Shown: positions 38,776-50,904 of the stretch, in pieces
Numbering within the stretch: the stretch's first letter is position 1
Layout: every line of letters begins with the position of its first letter
DNA from: Spongospora subterranea f. sp. subterranea
Taxonomy: Eukaryota
Direction: 5' to 3'
NCBI GenBank assembly: GCA_049724395.1
Contig: JAUGWO010000030.1
Span: 124,001 to 188,000 of the forward strand
DNA: 64,000 nt
Notes under the pieces: model-generated
Told to the model about the DNA's origin: nothing
Seen by the model: only the letters and a program-made list of their open reading frames with translations
The model's database searches: none
Position numbers and translations under genes: made by a program

Positions 38776-38840
38776 TGATTATACTGCCTTCAGGGCGGAT
38801 AGGTCGGCGGATCTAGAGCGGGAGTGGTTGGGTCATGGTA

Positions 38841-41047
38841 TGTAGACACTACCAGACGATCACTTCACTGTATCATAGATAGGCACAATCGTGTCGTCAA
38901 TCGTCATGCCATCCATCATCCTGTAGACACTACCAGACGATCACTTCACTGTATCATAGATAGGCACAATCGTGTCGTCAATCGTCATGCCATCCATCAT
39001 CCTGTAGACACTACCAGACGATCACTTCACTGTATCATAGATAGGCACAATCGTGTCGTCAATCGTCATGCCATCCATCATCCTGTAGAGACTACCAGAC
39101 GATCACTTCACTGTATCATAGATAGGCACAATCGTGTCGTCAATCGTCATGCCATCCATCATCCTGTAGACACTACCAGACGATCACTTCACTGTATCAT
39201 AGATAGGCACAATCGTGTCGTCAATCGTCATGCCATCCATCATCCTGTAGACACTACCAGACGATCACTTCACTGTATCATAGATAGGCACAATCGTGTC
39301 GTCAATCGTCATGCCATCCATCATCCTGTAGACACTACCAGACGATCACTTCACTGTATCATAGATAGGCACAATCGTGTCGTCAATCGTCATGCCATCC
39401 ATCATCCTGTAGACACTACCAGACGATCACTTCACTGTATCATAGATAGGCACAATCGTGTCGTCAATCGTCATGCCATCCATCATCCTGTGTAGACGAT
39501 CACTCACCATAGATAGGACGATCACTTCACTGTATCATAGATAGGCACAATCGTGTCGTCAATCGTCATGCCATCCATCATCCTGTAGAGACTACCAGAC
39601 GATCACTTCACTGTATCATAGATAGGCACAATCGTGTCGTCAATCGTCATGCCATCCATCATCCTGTAGACACTACCAGACGATCACTTCACTGTATCAT
39701 AGATAGGCACAATCGTGTCGTCAATCGTCATGCCATCCATCATCCTGTAGACACTACCAGACGATCACTTCACTGTATCATAGATAGGCACAATCGTGTC
39801 GTCAATCGTCATGCCATCCATCATCCTGTAGACACTACCAGACGATCACTTCACTGTATCATAGATAGGCACAATCGTGTCGTCAATCGTCATGCCATCC
39901 ATCATCCTGTAGACACTACCAGACGATCACTTCACTGTATCATACTTCAGATAGGCACAATCGTGTCGTCAATCGTCATGCCATCCATCATCCTGTAGAC
40001 ACTACCAGACGATCACTTCACTGTATCATAGATAGGCACAATCGTGTCGTCAATCGTCATGCCATCCATCATCCTGTAGACACTACCAGACGATCACTTC
40101 ACTGTATCATAGATAGGCACAATCGTGTCGTCAATCGTCATGCCATCCATCATCCTGTAGACACTACCAGACGATCACTTCACTGTATCATAGATAGGCA
40201 CAATCGTGTCGTCAATCGTCATGCCATCCATCATCCTGTAGATGCCACTACCAGACGATCACTTCACTGTATCATAGATAGGCACAATCGTGTCGTCAAT
40301 CGTCATGCCATCCATCATCCTGTAGACACTACCAGACGATCACTTCACTGTATCATAGATAGGCACAATCGTGTCGTCAATCGTCATGCCATCCATCATC
40401 CTGTAGACACTACCAGACGATCACTTCACTGTATCATAGATAGGCACAATCGTGTCGTCAATCGTCATGCCATCCATCATCCTGTAGAGACTAGATCACT
40501 TCACTGTATCATAGATAGGCACAATCGTGTCGTCAATCGTCATGCCATCCATCATCCTGTAGACACTACCAGACGATCACTTCACTGTATCATAGATAGG
40601 CACAATCGTGTCGTCAATCGTCATGCCATCCATCATCCTGTAGACACTACCAGACGATCACTTCACTGTATCATAGATAGGCACAATCGTGTCGTCAATC
40701 GTCATGCCATCCATCATCCTGTAGACACTACCAGACGATCACTTCACTGTATCATAGATAGGCACAATCGTGTCGTCAATCGTCATGCCATCCATCATCC
40801 TGTAGACACTACCAGACGATCACTTCACTGTATCATAGATAGGCACAATCGTGTCGTCAATCGTCATGCCATCCATCATCCTGTAGACACTACCAGACGA
40901 TCACTTCACTGTATCATAGATAGGCACAATCGTGTCGTCAATCGTCATGCCATCCATCATCCTGTAGAGACTACCAGACGATCACTTCACTGTATCATAG
41001 ATAGGCACAATCGTGTCGTCAATCGTCATGCCATCCATCATCCTGTA
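38841..41047. repeat. Tandem satellite, 81-bp unit, about 27 near-identical copies
   Basis: Unit TGTAGACACTACCAGACGATCACTTCACTGTATCATAGATAGGCACAATCGTGTCGTCAATCGTCATGCCATCCATCATCC. Irregular units at ~39490, ~39945, ~40242 and ~40490. Confidence 0.97.
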
Positions 41048-41059
41048 CTGGTAGATACC

Positions 41060-41700
41060 GTGAGAGCAGTAACGGAAGCACAACGTGCCACTCAAAGGTT
41101 ACGTGTGATGAGATGCATGCATGTCCTTTTATCAGACTCTATTGTAACTTTGCGAACATATCAAATATTCTCATTTCCAAATGGATTGCTGAACCCGTTG
41201 GGCGGCCTGCATTGTGTTGACTTGGAACAAGGACGGCACCTACAGGTCTGCCTTCATCATCGCCGCTTAAACGACGTGACGCTAGCAAACGCGAATTCAA
41301 TGCCCCGCGTCAGCGATGTTCGGATCGCAATGGCCTCTGGCTTTTGGAAAGTGACAGCCGCGAACTCAAACGAACACAAGGCAGCTTTGGTGACGAGGAA
41401 AACCCAGTTTGAGTGGAATTCGACGCCGTTCGGCTTAAGATGCGCGCAAGCATCGCAGTCGCTGTTGATGGCAGGGATAAATTACGTCAATTTCCCAGTC
41501 TATATGGATGACGTTATGGGATTTTCGTCGGATCGAATTTTACCTTGACAAACTGACCAGGTCCTTCGAGCGGCGTCGAAACACAACGCGATAGCCAATC
41601 CTGTAACCGGTCCCTCACCATTCCAATCGCTCTTATTTCTACCGCAATGCCACTTCTGGAGTGCAAACCGACCTTAATCGGCTGGCACTAAATCAGTTAT
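41060..41700 (+). mobile_element. Degenerate Ty3/gypsy reverse transcriptase remnant
   Basis: CLHHRRLNDVT...MPRV, MASGFW, FEWNSTPFGL, VYMDDVMGFS. Confidence 0.85.
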
Positions 41701-42086
41701 TTGGAAATGGGATGATGATCCATTGTCGCCAACGTGTATCCTGCATCAGCAAGATCATGTTTGCCTTCTGAAATAATTGTGCTGAACGTTCATTTCAAAA
41801 TCTAAGTAATCGACAACGGACTGGTCATTGACTAATGGGCGTTGTTGGCACAATAATATTTTCAACAGCGAGCCATGAAATAATCATCGGGTCATTCTAT
41901 ATCGAATAGGGAAGGCCAAACCATCACTGAATAGCCATAAAGGTTATCTCAACCTAGGCTGTTCTTTTATCTTGACGTCAAAAATATCTTGAAATTAATC
42001 GGCCGAATATCTGTCAATGCCTTACAGCGATTCTAAGATAAATCAAGGGGGAGGGGGGGTCGTGATCAAAGGGAAAGCGTCGAACG

Positions 42087-44192
42087 ATGATCAGTCGCCC
42101 GTCGGAACTGTTCCGCCATCAATGGCTGAACCTGTTCAATCGTGCAGCAAAGGGATGCCAAACTACCGCCAAAGAGCGTGATATCCTGGAGGTTATTGAT
42201 AATCTTTGGTATTGTTATGATCTCGACCGACAACACATCCTTTCGGAAGCGCAAATCGCCCAAATCTGTCATGACTGTATCGAGGTATTTGGTCCTGATA
42301 CCCAATCGAGCAATGTCCGTTAATATTGCACACGATCACAATCAGGGTATGTCCAATGTGCAGCCGATACGATCGCAATACGACGACCAGGTTTGGTCGC
42401 GATCGATGGCGAATGCTGCCCAGCTCATGCTCAGCGATATACTCGACAATAGTCGCGATCACCATCATCGCCATCGATCGGTCGTCACCTACGATCAATT
42501 CCATAAAGGGCTCAACCGCTTTCTAACCAATGACCATGTCGTGGTTCTTCCCGGTCCCCAAATCCCCGACTCGTCATCCGACCTAGTTCGCCACCTAGTC
42601 GGCACTGTTCGCCAGTCGTACAGGACCATGGCACAACTGGTGCGGCACCCGTCGAAATACGATCGGGAGTTGGTCGAAGCGCATATGAACATGGTCGGGG
42701 ACGTCGATAAAGAGCGATTGCAGATGGCGTTGTCTCGGACGGTGTCCCGATTATTACACAAGTACGAGCGCTGGAGTAGTTCTGGTTGACGCCGGCAGAA
42801 ACAGTTGACCACCCGTTAATTCATTAATAGGTATCGGATTTCCCGAAAGTCGGTTGCTATGTTCGCGAATTGTGGTCGATTACGTCGTGTGTCGAAGGGC
42901 GATGCGATTGGAGCGACACATCAGAGATCCGCCAATAGCTCGTTTATCGTGTTAACAGGATCACTAATAGTGCACGATGACGACACCACTCAACCTGCCA
43001 TTATCGGGGGGAATATCGCCACTCTCCATCCAGGCGATATATTTCTGTCCGATATCGATTCTCCAGTTGATCGCCGTGTTCTAGCGGTATCAGGTACACA
43101 AACAATGCCCTGGAGATTGCCATTGTTAACTCATATCGGGGCGTGTCAGACTCGATCGTGTTGGGAATATCACAAAATCACATTCATCAGTATATAGAAC
43201 GGCGACATCTGCACCAAATCGCCAATGTTCTTCGACGATGTTGGCAATTATCAAAAATTATCTGACGCCATCCTAATCGATATCGCCAGCACGTCCCGAT
43301 TAGAACCATATTCTCATAACCAGGTTAATTTCCTCATTTTGCCCCACCACGTCCATAACATCAACATTCTCCTAGATCGTAGTGCAACAGGGCGGGCCAT
43401 TGTCCAACGATGTGTTCATGGTTGCTTCCGGGTCGGCCCGGGTCGTCATCGAAATGCCATCGCGTGTGTTCGGGCCGTTGCGACGCAAACACGAATCAAC
43501 GCGTATCGCTTCATACCTCAATTCTCCTGTTGTCGGCGAGTTCGATTCCGATTTGACTCAACTGACCTGTGGCGAGGGCGCGTTCATCGATATGGATTCA
43601 CTGGTTATCGGCGATATGTTCGGTTATGAATCTGGGAAACTGTTCAACGTATCAGTGCAGTGTGATAACGATATCGCCGCTGCGACAACCCGTCCAGATT
43701 CTGCTGATGTCGCGCCGAGACCTCACCCGGATTCTGTCGCCGAACGATCTCTCGGCGATACTGGCATCGGGTCGCATGAGCAAGACGAAGGCGAAGGTGT
43801 TGGACGACCTGGAGAAGGGGAATCGGTGGGTGCAGTATTGTCAAGCGGTTGGCGATTCTGGCAAAGGAGATCGCACAGTTCCTCTCGCCAGGGATTTATA
43901 TGGTTCTGGCTCGAACCGACCTCTGACGCGATCGCGTTCGGTGCATCATATCAAGGCGGAGATCGGTAACCTGATCGATAGTATTCATCTCGATTCGATT
44001 CAGGGAGCGCCTCAGCAGCGCGTGATCGATTCGCTGACAATGGAGCAGGTACGCCAATACGGCAAACAATTCACGATTGAGGATTGCTCGGATCTGCTGC
44101 TAAAATCGCCCCAGTCTATCGATAAAATCATCGCGGCTCACGAGCTTGCCTTCGACAATGCCCAGGCTTCCACCAGCGCCGCCGAGAAATAG
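42087..44192 (+). CDS. Protein with EF-hand-like N-terminus and two cyclic-nucleotide-binding-like domains, multi-exon
   Basis: LWYCYDLDRQHILSEAQI; SSFIVLTGSL...IATLHPGDIF; IVVQQGGP...VFMVASGSARV...LVIGDMFG. Confidence 0.65.
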
Positions 44193-44326
44193 TGTGTCGC
44201 CTGATCGGTTCCCGAACATTCTAGATAACGCTCAACCGCGTTGGGAAGGGGGTTCGAGAATACGGGGTCGTGGGCCACAATCGGAAATCGCTCGGCTCTC
44301 TCAGACGCGATCCCATTCGAATCTTA

Positions 44327-45855
44327 ATGCCAGCGGTGCTGTCCATCACTGAAGCGTCAACGTTGATCGACGCCAAGGGAAAATCGCACATAATTTACCA
44401 TGTCGATATCAAAGTCGGAAACTACCACCGATCGTCTCACAAAAAATACAGTGAGTTTCGGTTGTTCGACAAGATCTGGAAATTGATGTAAATCGTTTCG
44501 GAACTGCATTGACCAAACGGTTTCTTGACAATGATATAGGTCGCCGGGGGTGGATATCAAACTACCGCCGAAAATCTGGTTCGGGAATAAGTCTGATAGC
44601 GTGGTCGAGGATCGAAAGCTGTGTTTAACGGCGTATTTGAGTGACTTGATCAAGGTGAAAGAGATGTCGCCATTCGTCAGCAAGTTTCTGGTCGTTCCTC
44701 AGGATATCATCGATACGCTGCGAACCGAGCTCAACAAATTGAACGGCGATGATAGTAATGGGGACGGGGCTGGCGTGGAACCGGATCCTCCGATAAAGGC
44801 GCCGGTGGGAGTGGTCGTCCACTTGCTCGACAACAGCAGCAACAACAACAAAAGTGCCTCGTCGTCCAGCTATACGGGATCTGGCGATCGTGGTGCTGGT
44901 GGGCAGGGTCAAAAGCAGCACCGGTTCGAATTCGTACGTGCAACGAACCGCCCTGGATCCGGCGCGGCACAAGCTCAGAAAAAATGCCAGCGCGGAGACA
45001 TCGTCGGAACCGCAATTATCGTCAACCACAGTTCGCCAATCACTCAAACACAACATCAGTTCCGAATCATTAACAAAGATGAGATCAGGACCTGTTCCCC
45101 AAAAGCTCAGACCGAATACCACCTCGGAATCATTGACGACGTCGAGGTCCATCACTGCTAATCAACAGCTCAGATCCAATATTAGTTCAGAATCGCAGGC
45201 GAGCTCGACATCCATCACTGCTAATCAGCAGCTCCGACACATTATCAGCTCGGAATCGTTGGCGAATCTGAGGGCGTCCGAACATTCAAAACACAATCGA
45301 AGCTCGAAAACGTCAAGATCAGCGGATCCGGATCAGCAACATCTCAAACACAAGACCTTCGCAGGAAAATCGATGACGACCCCGCAACCGTCGTACGATA
45401 CCGGCGGTCAAGTTAGCAGGAGCAAAAAGAACGAATCGAATATGGACGTCGATGGACACAGATTGACCGACGTTCCTGCGAACATAGGCGGCAATCGATT
45501 GAGTCACAAACGGAGAAGCAATACGGGCAAGGAATCGGTGTCGCCATTGAGCGGCCACATTGACGACGATGAAGCGGCGGCGGTCAGGACGAGCCCCCTC
45601 AGTAAGTTGGAGCTGCAGAAATCAGCGGATCGACCGCCGTCGAACACGCAGGAGGCGGAGTGCAATTCCAAGGGTGAATCCCACCATTCCCTGTTGCGGT
45701 GCGTCAAGTCGTTCACCGCATTGACGCCAGGGCAGTTGTCGCTGGAGAAAGGGGAGATTCTGCAGGAGCTGCGATGCGCCAATGGTTGGTATTATGGACA
45801 GGATAAGACCGGCCGCACAGGGTACTTCCCCAGCTCGATCGTTCAAAGAATTTAA
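44327..45855 (+). CDS. PX-domain plus C-terminal SH3-domain protein
   Basis: IIYHVDI...KKYSEFRLFD...LPPKIWFGN...VEDRKLCLTAYL (PX); SFTALTPGQLSLEKGEIL...NGWYYG...GYFPSSIV (SH3). A frame change near ~44850 is an unresolved intron or an indel. Confidence 0.85.
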
Positions 45856-46137
45856 TACAGAGAGTATCGCAATTAAACCCTGGGCAAATACGACCGTTTG
45901 CTTAGATACTGCTTCGATCCTGATCAGATACCAGGCATTGCTAATAACCACACCAATTTGCATCGCCATTTCCTCGGAGATGATTATTGGTTGATAATGT
46001 CACAAGCTGTGCCGGCTCTCTGTCCTTATCATCCTTTAACACTAACACCTCACCTAATCGCATTATTTACGAAAGCCATCGATGCGTTTTATACGAAGAT
46101 TAGATATTTGATGATGGAGCGCCCATGATCTCCCCCA

Positions 46138-46747
46138 TCATTGGGCGTCTGTCTCGTCGGGCAGTTCCGGTCCAAGTCGCTCAATGGAGCCGTATATGGC
46201 GGCCTGCCAACCGATCGTCTGAGAAGATGTGACAGGTGTGGTATATTTACGAGGGGGCGGTATCCCGTTCCTGTTCAACGACCACCCCAATCCATGTTTG
46301 ACGTAGGCACGCATGGAATCGGCCATCTCCTGTTGACGAACTCGGATCAGACCGATTCCCAGCAACAATGGTGCGGGGACGACACCTTGCTTAGCTTCAT
46401 TGGCGCTTCACCGACGCCGCCATTCTGCCGATGATAATCAACCTAAATGCGGCGAGCATAAACGGACCGGTCAATTCAGGAAAGCGTTGTGTTCACCATG
46501 AACTTATGTAGGGGGCCACGGCGAGCCTTATTCAGCAGCTCCTCCTTGATGGAAGGGTCCAATCCTGGAAAAAAATTCAACAGTTGTGTAGGTTGTTGAG
46601 ATATTTGTGACTACCCGAATCAGCTGCAAGGAACCCATAGAACTCATACCAATCCTCTGTAGCTTGAACCTCTGATTCTATTCGTTGCCGCCAATTTTGG
46701 TCTTCATGAACACGGTTCAAAGTCTCTTGCTCAGAAGTTGCCGCCAT
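46138..46747 (-). CDS. Ciliary microtubule inner protein CIMIP1/C20orf85 (LLC1)-like, multi-exon
   Basis: MAATSEQETLNRVHEDQNWRQRIESEVQATEDWYEFYGFL and C-terminal KYTTPVTSSQTIGW. Confidence 0.75.
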
Positions 46748-46986
46748 GCACAAGAAAAGTCGCCGCGCCTCAGATCCTCAAAAAGAATGGGATATTGTAC
46801 TGGTACTGTCGTGTGATCCAAAAGCGCATATCACAAAAGAATGCGATATATTAATGGTACTGTCTTGTGACCAAAACGAGTGACACCGCATAGACACATG
46901 CCAATAAATTACAATTCAAATTGAAACTACAGGACACCCACCAACCGGATCAGATGCGCACAGAAACCTCAAATGTGTATTCGATG

Positions 46987-48180
46987 CTAATTTCTCTGAA
47001 AAGTGCCTCGCCTCAAAACAGCCAATATACTGTTTCCTTGGCTTTTAAGAATGCCAGCAGTACCAATAAAAAATACAATGGCAGTCCCAGCGATTCGTAA
47101 CGTTCTGATACGAGTGCGTCGTCTTTGCAAAGCATGGCGTTGTTGCCTTTGAACGGCCTGTTTCCTGATGGGAAATGTGGCTAGTGTGCTGTCAAGGTGT
47201 TTCTCTTTGACGTCTGCACGACTGATGGAATGAGATCGCATGGGAATTCGCACTTCATCTGAGTCAGCATAGCAGATCTGATGAAGCACATTCTGAAATA
47301 TATATCTGATAAAAAGTAATTTGTCGTGTTCATGTGGGCAAGGGTCATAAAATCCATCCTGTAAGCAAGTATCTGACACCTATCAAGTCAGATGGTATGC
47401 AGTTACTGACCAAGAAAATTTTAGTCCTTGAGTGATCTACCAGCTCGGAACATTGGACCATACATTGGACAGGAATTGTTACATCGATACAGCTTCCTGG
47501 TGGGCGATCCAGGGCTCCCCGGTGCTTAAGATCACCGTATAGGGCTTTAACGATGATCACTCCATCTCGCTGATATTCAATAGCTCGGAGGGCCTTGACT
47601 GTCTCAGCCATATTGCTGACCATTGTGATTGCTCTTAGCCGAATATGGGATATAATTTCATGAAATTCCGCCTCAGGTACTTCACGTATCCCATGATGTA
47701 AATCGTAGAGAAGGCGATGATAACGGTCACGAATATGCTGTAACCAATTTTGAAATAAACCAAACCGTCAGGCACTGATATACCATACCTGTCCGGCAGT
47801 TGTGATTTGATGGAATCTATCCAGCTCAGAAGAGGACTTTACAGCCCTATCAGGATGGTATTGCTTCACCAGACGCCTGTAGGCACTTTGAACTTCTTGT
47901 GTGCTAGCGTTGACATCAACTCCTGGAGACCAGAGTGAACAAATGGCCTTCAAACAACATTAATAGAAAGCCCGTTTCAGAGAATGATAGAGTGATAGAG
48001 CGAATATATTGACTTTTTCGAAAAACAAAATGAAATATCACCTAATATCGCATAAGCGTCTTCATCAGGCTCAATGATCGTCGGTGATTCAGCATCGTCA
48101 TCATCGCTGTCGTCAAGTTCCGCTCCATTCACAGCAGGAAACACGATGGGGTGGGCATTGCCATTGAGATTTACGACCAT
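46987..48180 (-). CDS. Short DNAJC11-like protein: J domain, DUF3395 domain, C-terminal hydrophobic segment
   Basis: AYRRLVKQYHPD (HPD motif); GVIIVKALYG, IDVTIPVQCMV, GFYDPC...LFIRYIF...RIPMRSH. Confidence 0.8.
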
Positions 48181-48246
48181 CTATAGGTTGGGTGGAAGAG
48201 CAATGAACCAGATGGACTAATGAGCTGTTGATATCGAGAATGAGCT

Positions 48247-48640
48247 GTTGATATCGACAATGAGAGAGGGAACAGGGGTTACACTTAGACAGAGAAGAGG
48301 GGACACGTCATCCTGGAGTGCGGGCGGACCCCTACACTGTACATATACACACACACGGGATACAGTGCCCACTGGATGACATTGACAGAACCAAGGAGGA
48401 ACCTCTTTCCACTGGTGACGGCGGGACCCGTGTAGGTACTGTAGTAGATTACAACCACACCAAGCCAAGTGGTTTGGTGTGGTTGGTCTTCGGTATGGTT
48501 GGGGTTTGGTCTGTTTACAAGGTTGATCTGGGTTGTTCGGCATACTCTCTTGAGTGTCGAATGGACCGGTCGAGATTTGATGTGCACAACATCAATCGTT
48601 GAGGAAGTGAAAGCGTAGTACAATAGGGAATGGACGAAAC
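48247..48640 (-). mobile_element. Possible gypsy integrase tail plus short LTR-like segment (~48247-48387)
   Basis: Minus strand TGTCAATG...ATCAACA termini; VVHIKSRPVHSTLK resembles an integrase GPY/F tail. Confidence 0.35.
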
Positions 48641-48689
48641 CCTTCTAAATCATCACATCATGTTCACAATAATCCACAAGTTGCGCATA

Positions 48690-49230
48690 CCATCCTGCAG
48701 TACTTGAACGGAACGAGTGACTTCGGACTGTTATATCGTTATGATGACAAAGTTGGCGGAGAAACATGTGCTTCTTGACTATTCTGATTCTGATTTGGGC
48801 GGGAGATCTGGACACTCGACGCTCAACTTCTGGATATGTGTTCCTTCTGAATGGATGTCCAGTGTCACGTCGTTCAAAGAAGCAAACATCCACCGCCTTG
48901 TCGTCCTGTGAGGCCGAGACGATCGCATCTTCACTGGCTGCTGCGGAAGCAGTCTGGCTTCGAAACGTCTTAGAAGAGCTTGGTTTCGAGCAAAAGTCTG
49001 TTCCGGTCCTTTTGCAGGACAATCAAGGATCAATTTCGTTCGCTCAAAATGAAATCAATCACTCAAAGATGAAACATCTTGCTCTTCGGCACCATTTTAT
49101 TCGTGAATTGATTGCTAGCAATCAAATTCATGTTGCGTATGTTCCCACCGCCAAGAATCTTGCAGATATATTTACGAAACCCCTTGGGAAGATGCAGTTC
49201 TGGGAGTTACGAGCTAAACGTCAATGCATC
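48690..49230 (+). mobile_element. Ty1/copia RNase H fragment, fairly well preserved
   Basis: WAGDLDTRRSTSGYVF...SKKQTSTALSSCEAE...DNQGSI...HSKMKHLALRHHFIRE...NLADIFTKPL. Confidence 0.93.
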
Positions 49231-49820
49231 TCTCGCATCTCAAGCTTCTCTTTTTCTTTTTTCGTTTGCTGAGGAAGAGTCACACCACAATGGACGCAGC
49301 GCGCCAAGAGCGCATGCGAGCAATGCAGCTCGCCCACGACCCCAACCCGGCCAGCATGCAGGCTGTGCGGGAGATGTTGAACAAATACAGAAGCGGGCTG
49401 CAGCTTCCCCACCGCTCCACATTTCAGGCATTTTAGCCCGCCTCTGTATTTGTTCAACATCTCCCGCACAGCCTGCATGCTGGCCGGGTTGGGGTCGTGG
49501 GCGAGCTGCATTGCTCGCATGCGCTCTTGGCGCGCTGCGTCCATTGTGGTGTGACTCTTCCTCAGCAAACGAAAAAAGAAAAAGAGAAGCTTGAGATGCG
49601 AGAGATGCATTGACGTTTAGCTCGTAACTCCCAGAACTGCATCTTCCCAAGGGGTTTCGTAAATATATCTGCAAGATTCTTGGCGGTGGGAACATACGCA
49701 ACATGAATTTGATTGCTAGCAATCAATTCACGAATAAAATGGTGCCGAAGAGCAAGATGTTTCATCTTTGAGTGATTGATTTCATTTTGAGCGAACGAAA
49801 TTGATTCCTTGATTGTCCTG
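49015..49820. repeat. Near-perfect inverted repeat: ~385-bp arms (49015-49399, 49435-49820), 35-bp spacer
   Basis: Identical ORFs are predicted on both strands. By eye the arms differ by about one mismatch and one 1-bp indel. Confidence 0.97.
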
Positions 49821-50904
49821 ATAGTTCAACAGGAGTTGAACATTTACAGCATCATAACCGTTGTTCTAAGGCCAAACCAGGAAGACCATCGGCGCATATA
49901 TTCATTGTTTATCACGGCAACAAGCGAACCCATCGTATACCCGACAACAATCGTATTGCAGAACATCGCGACCCACGCCATGATAAGGGTTGCCTGTTCT
50001 TCATTAACCCCGATGGATGATCAGAAATTCATGATTGCTGTATGTGATTTCATGGGAGCTGTTAATTTGAGGATAAAATTGAGGGTTGATCCATGCCAAA
50101 TAACGGTTACTGTGCTAGCAAACGAATATTCGAGGATTGTTTTGAAACACTGACTCGCGACCGCTTCTTCAGGAGAATGGGGTGGTACACGCGGGAAACA
50201 CCAACTATTTCACTGATACTCAGTCAGAATATATTAATACAGTGGAAATCAAGAAATCCCATATGCTTTACAGGCTGGCAACGTCATTAATCACACTAAC
50301 TTTACCGACAAAACATTTCACCGAGCTTTGAAGGTCGCAGAGTGCGCCAAATCCATAACATCATAGACGGTACTGAAAATTGCACAATATGCAGAAAGAT
50401 AACAACACCTATCCAATATTGTGATCATGTTCATGTTCATGCTTCTTCGCTATCTTCTTATTACGTTGACCAATTATGAATTGTTTTCCATCGATTGAAA
50501 AAAACGCACTGTCGGGGTGTTCCATACAGGTTCTCGGCAATTGTTGAAAACGACAGAGAAACGTAGAGGTCCACATATACAGTTTGTATAGTAATGACGG
50601 TACGACTGCGTGAGCGTTTGATTGCAACGTGGCAAAGTAGAAATACGATAACAGGTGTCGACTGTAGGACATTACCTCTACCGTTTACGGTAGAGCGAAA
50701 TACGGCTGTTATTTCATAGGTTGATTGATTGGTTGAGAGTTATTCATAAAGCGTTATTGTCCCACTGGATCGGTCGTGGATAATCGCACGGCGCTGATCG
50801 ATTCAGACAATTGGATCCATTTCCACACGACCCCAGGATTCCGTTAGAAATGGGCTCGGCACGGAGTCAAAGGGGGTTGACTTAAAGCGGGTTCGGTAGT
50901 GGTC

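Noticed and set aside
38841..41047. CRISPR array, or a real 223-aa repeat protein (ORF 38824-39495)
   Set aside because: Units are contiguous and identical with no unique spacers, there are no cas genes, and the context is eukaryotic. The ORF has no ATG start and follows from an 81-bp unit being stop-free.
46776..46880. ~55-bp imperfect direct duplication upstream of the CIMIP1-like gene as a regulatory element
   Set aside because: Only two copies and no recognisable motif; nothing supports a function.
49112..49722. Twin 160-aa and 129/70-aa ORFs as genuine genes
   Set aside because: They are mirror products of the inverted repeat of TE sequence.
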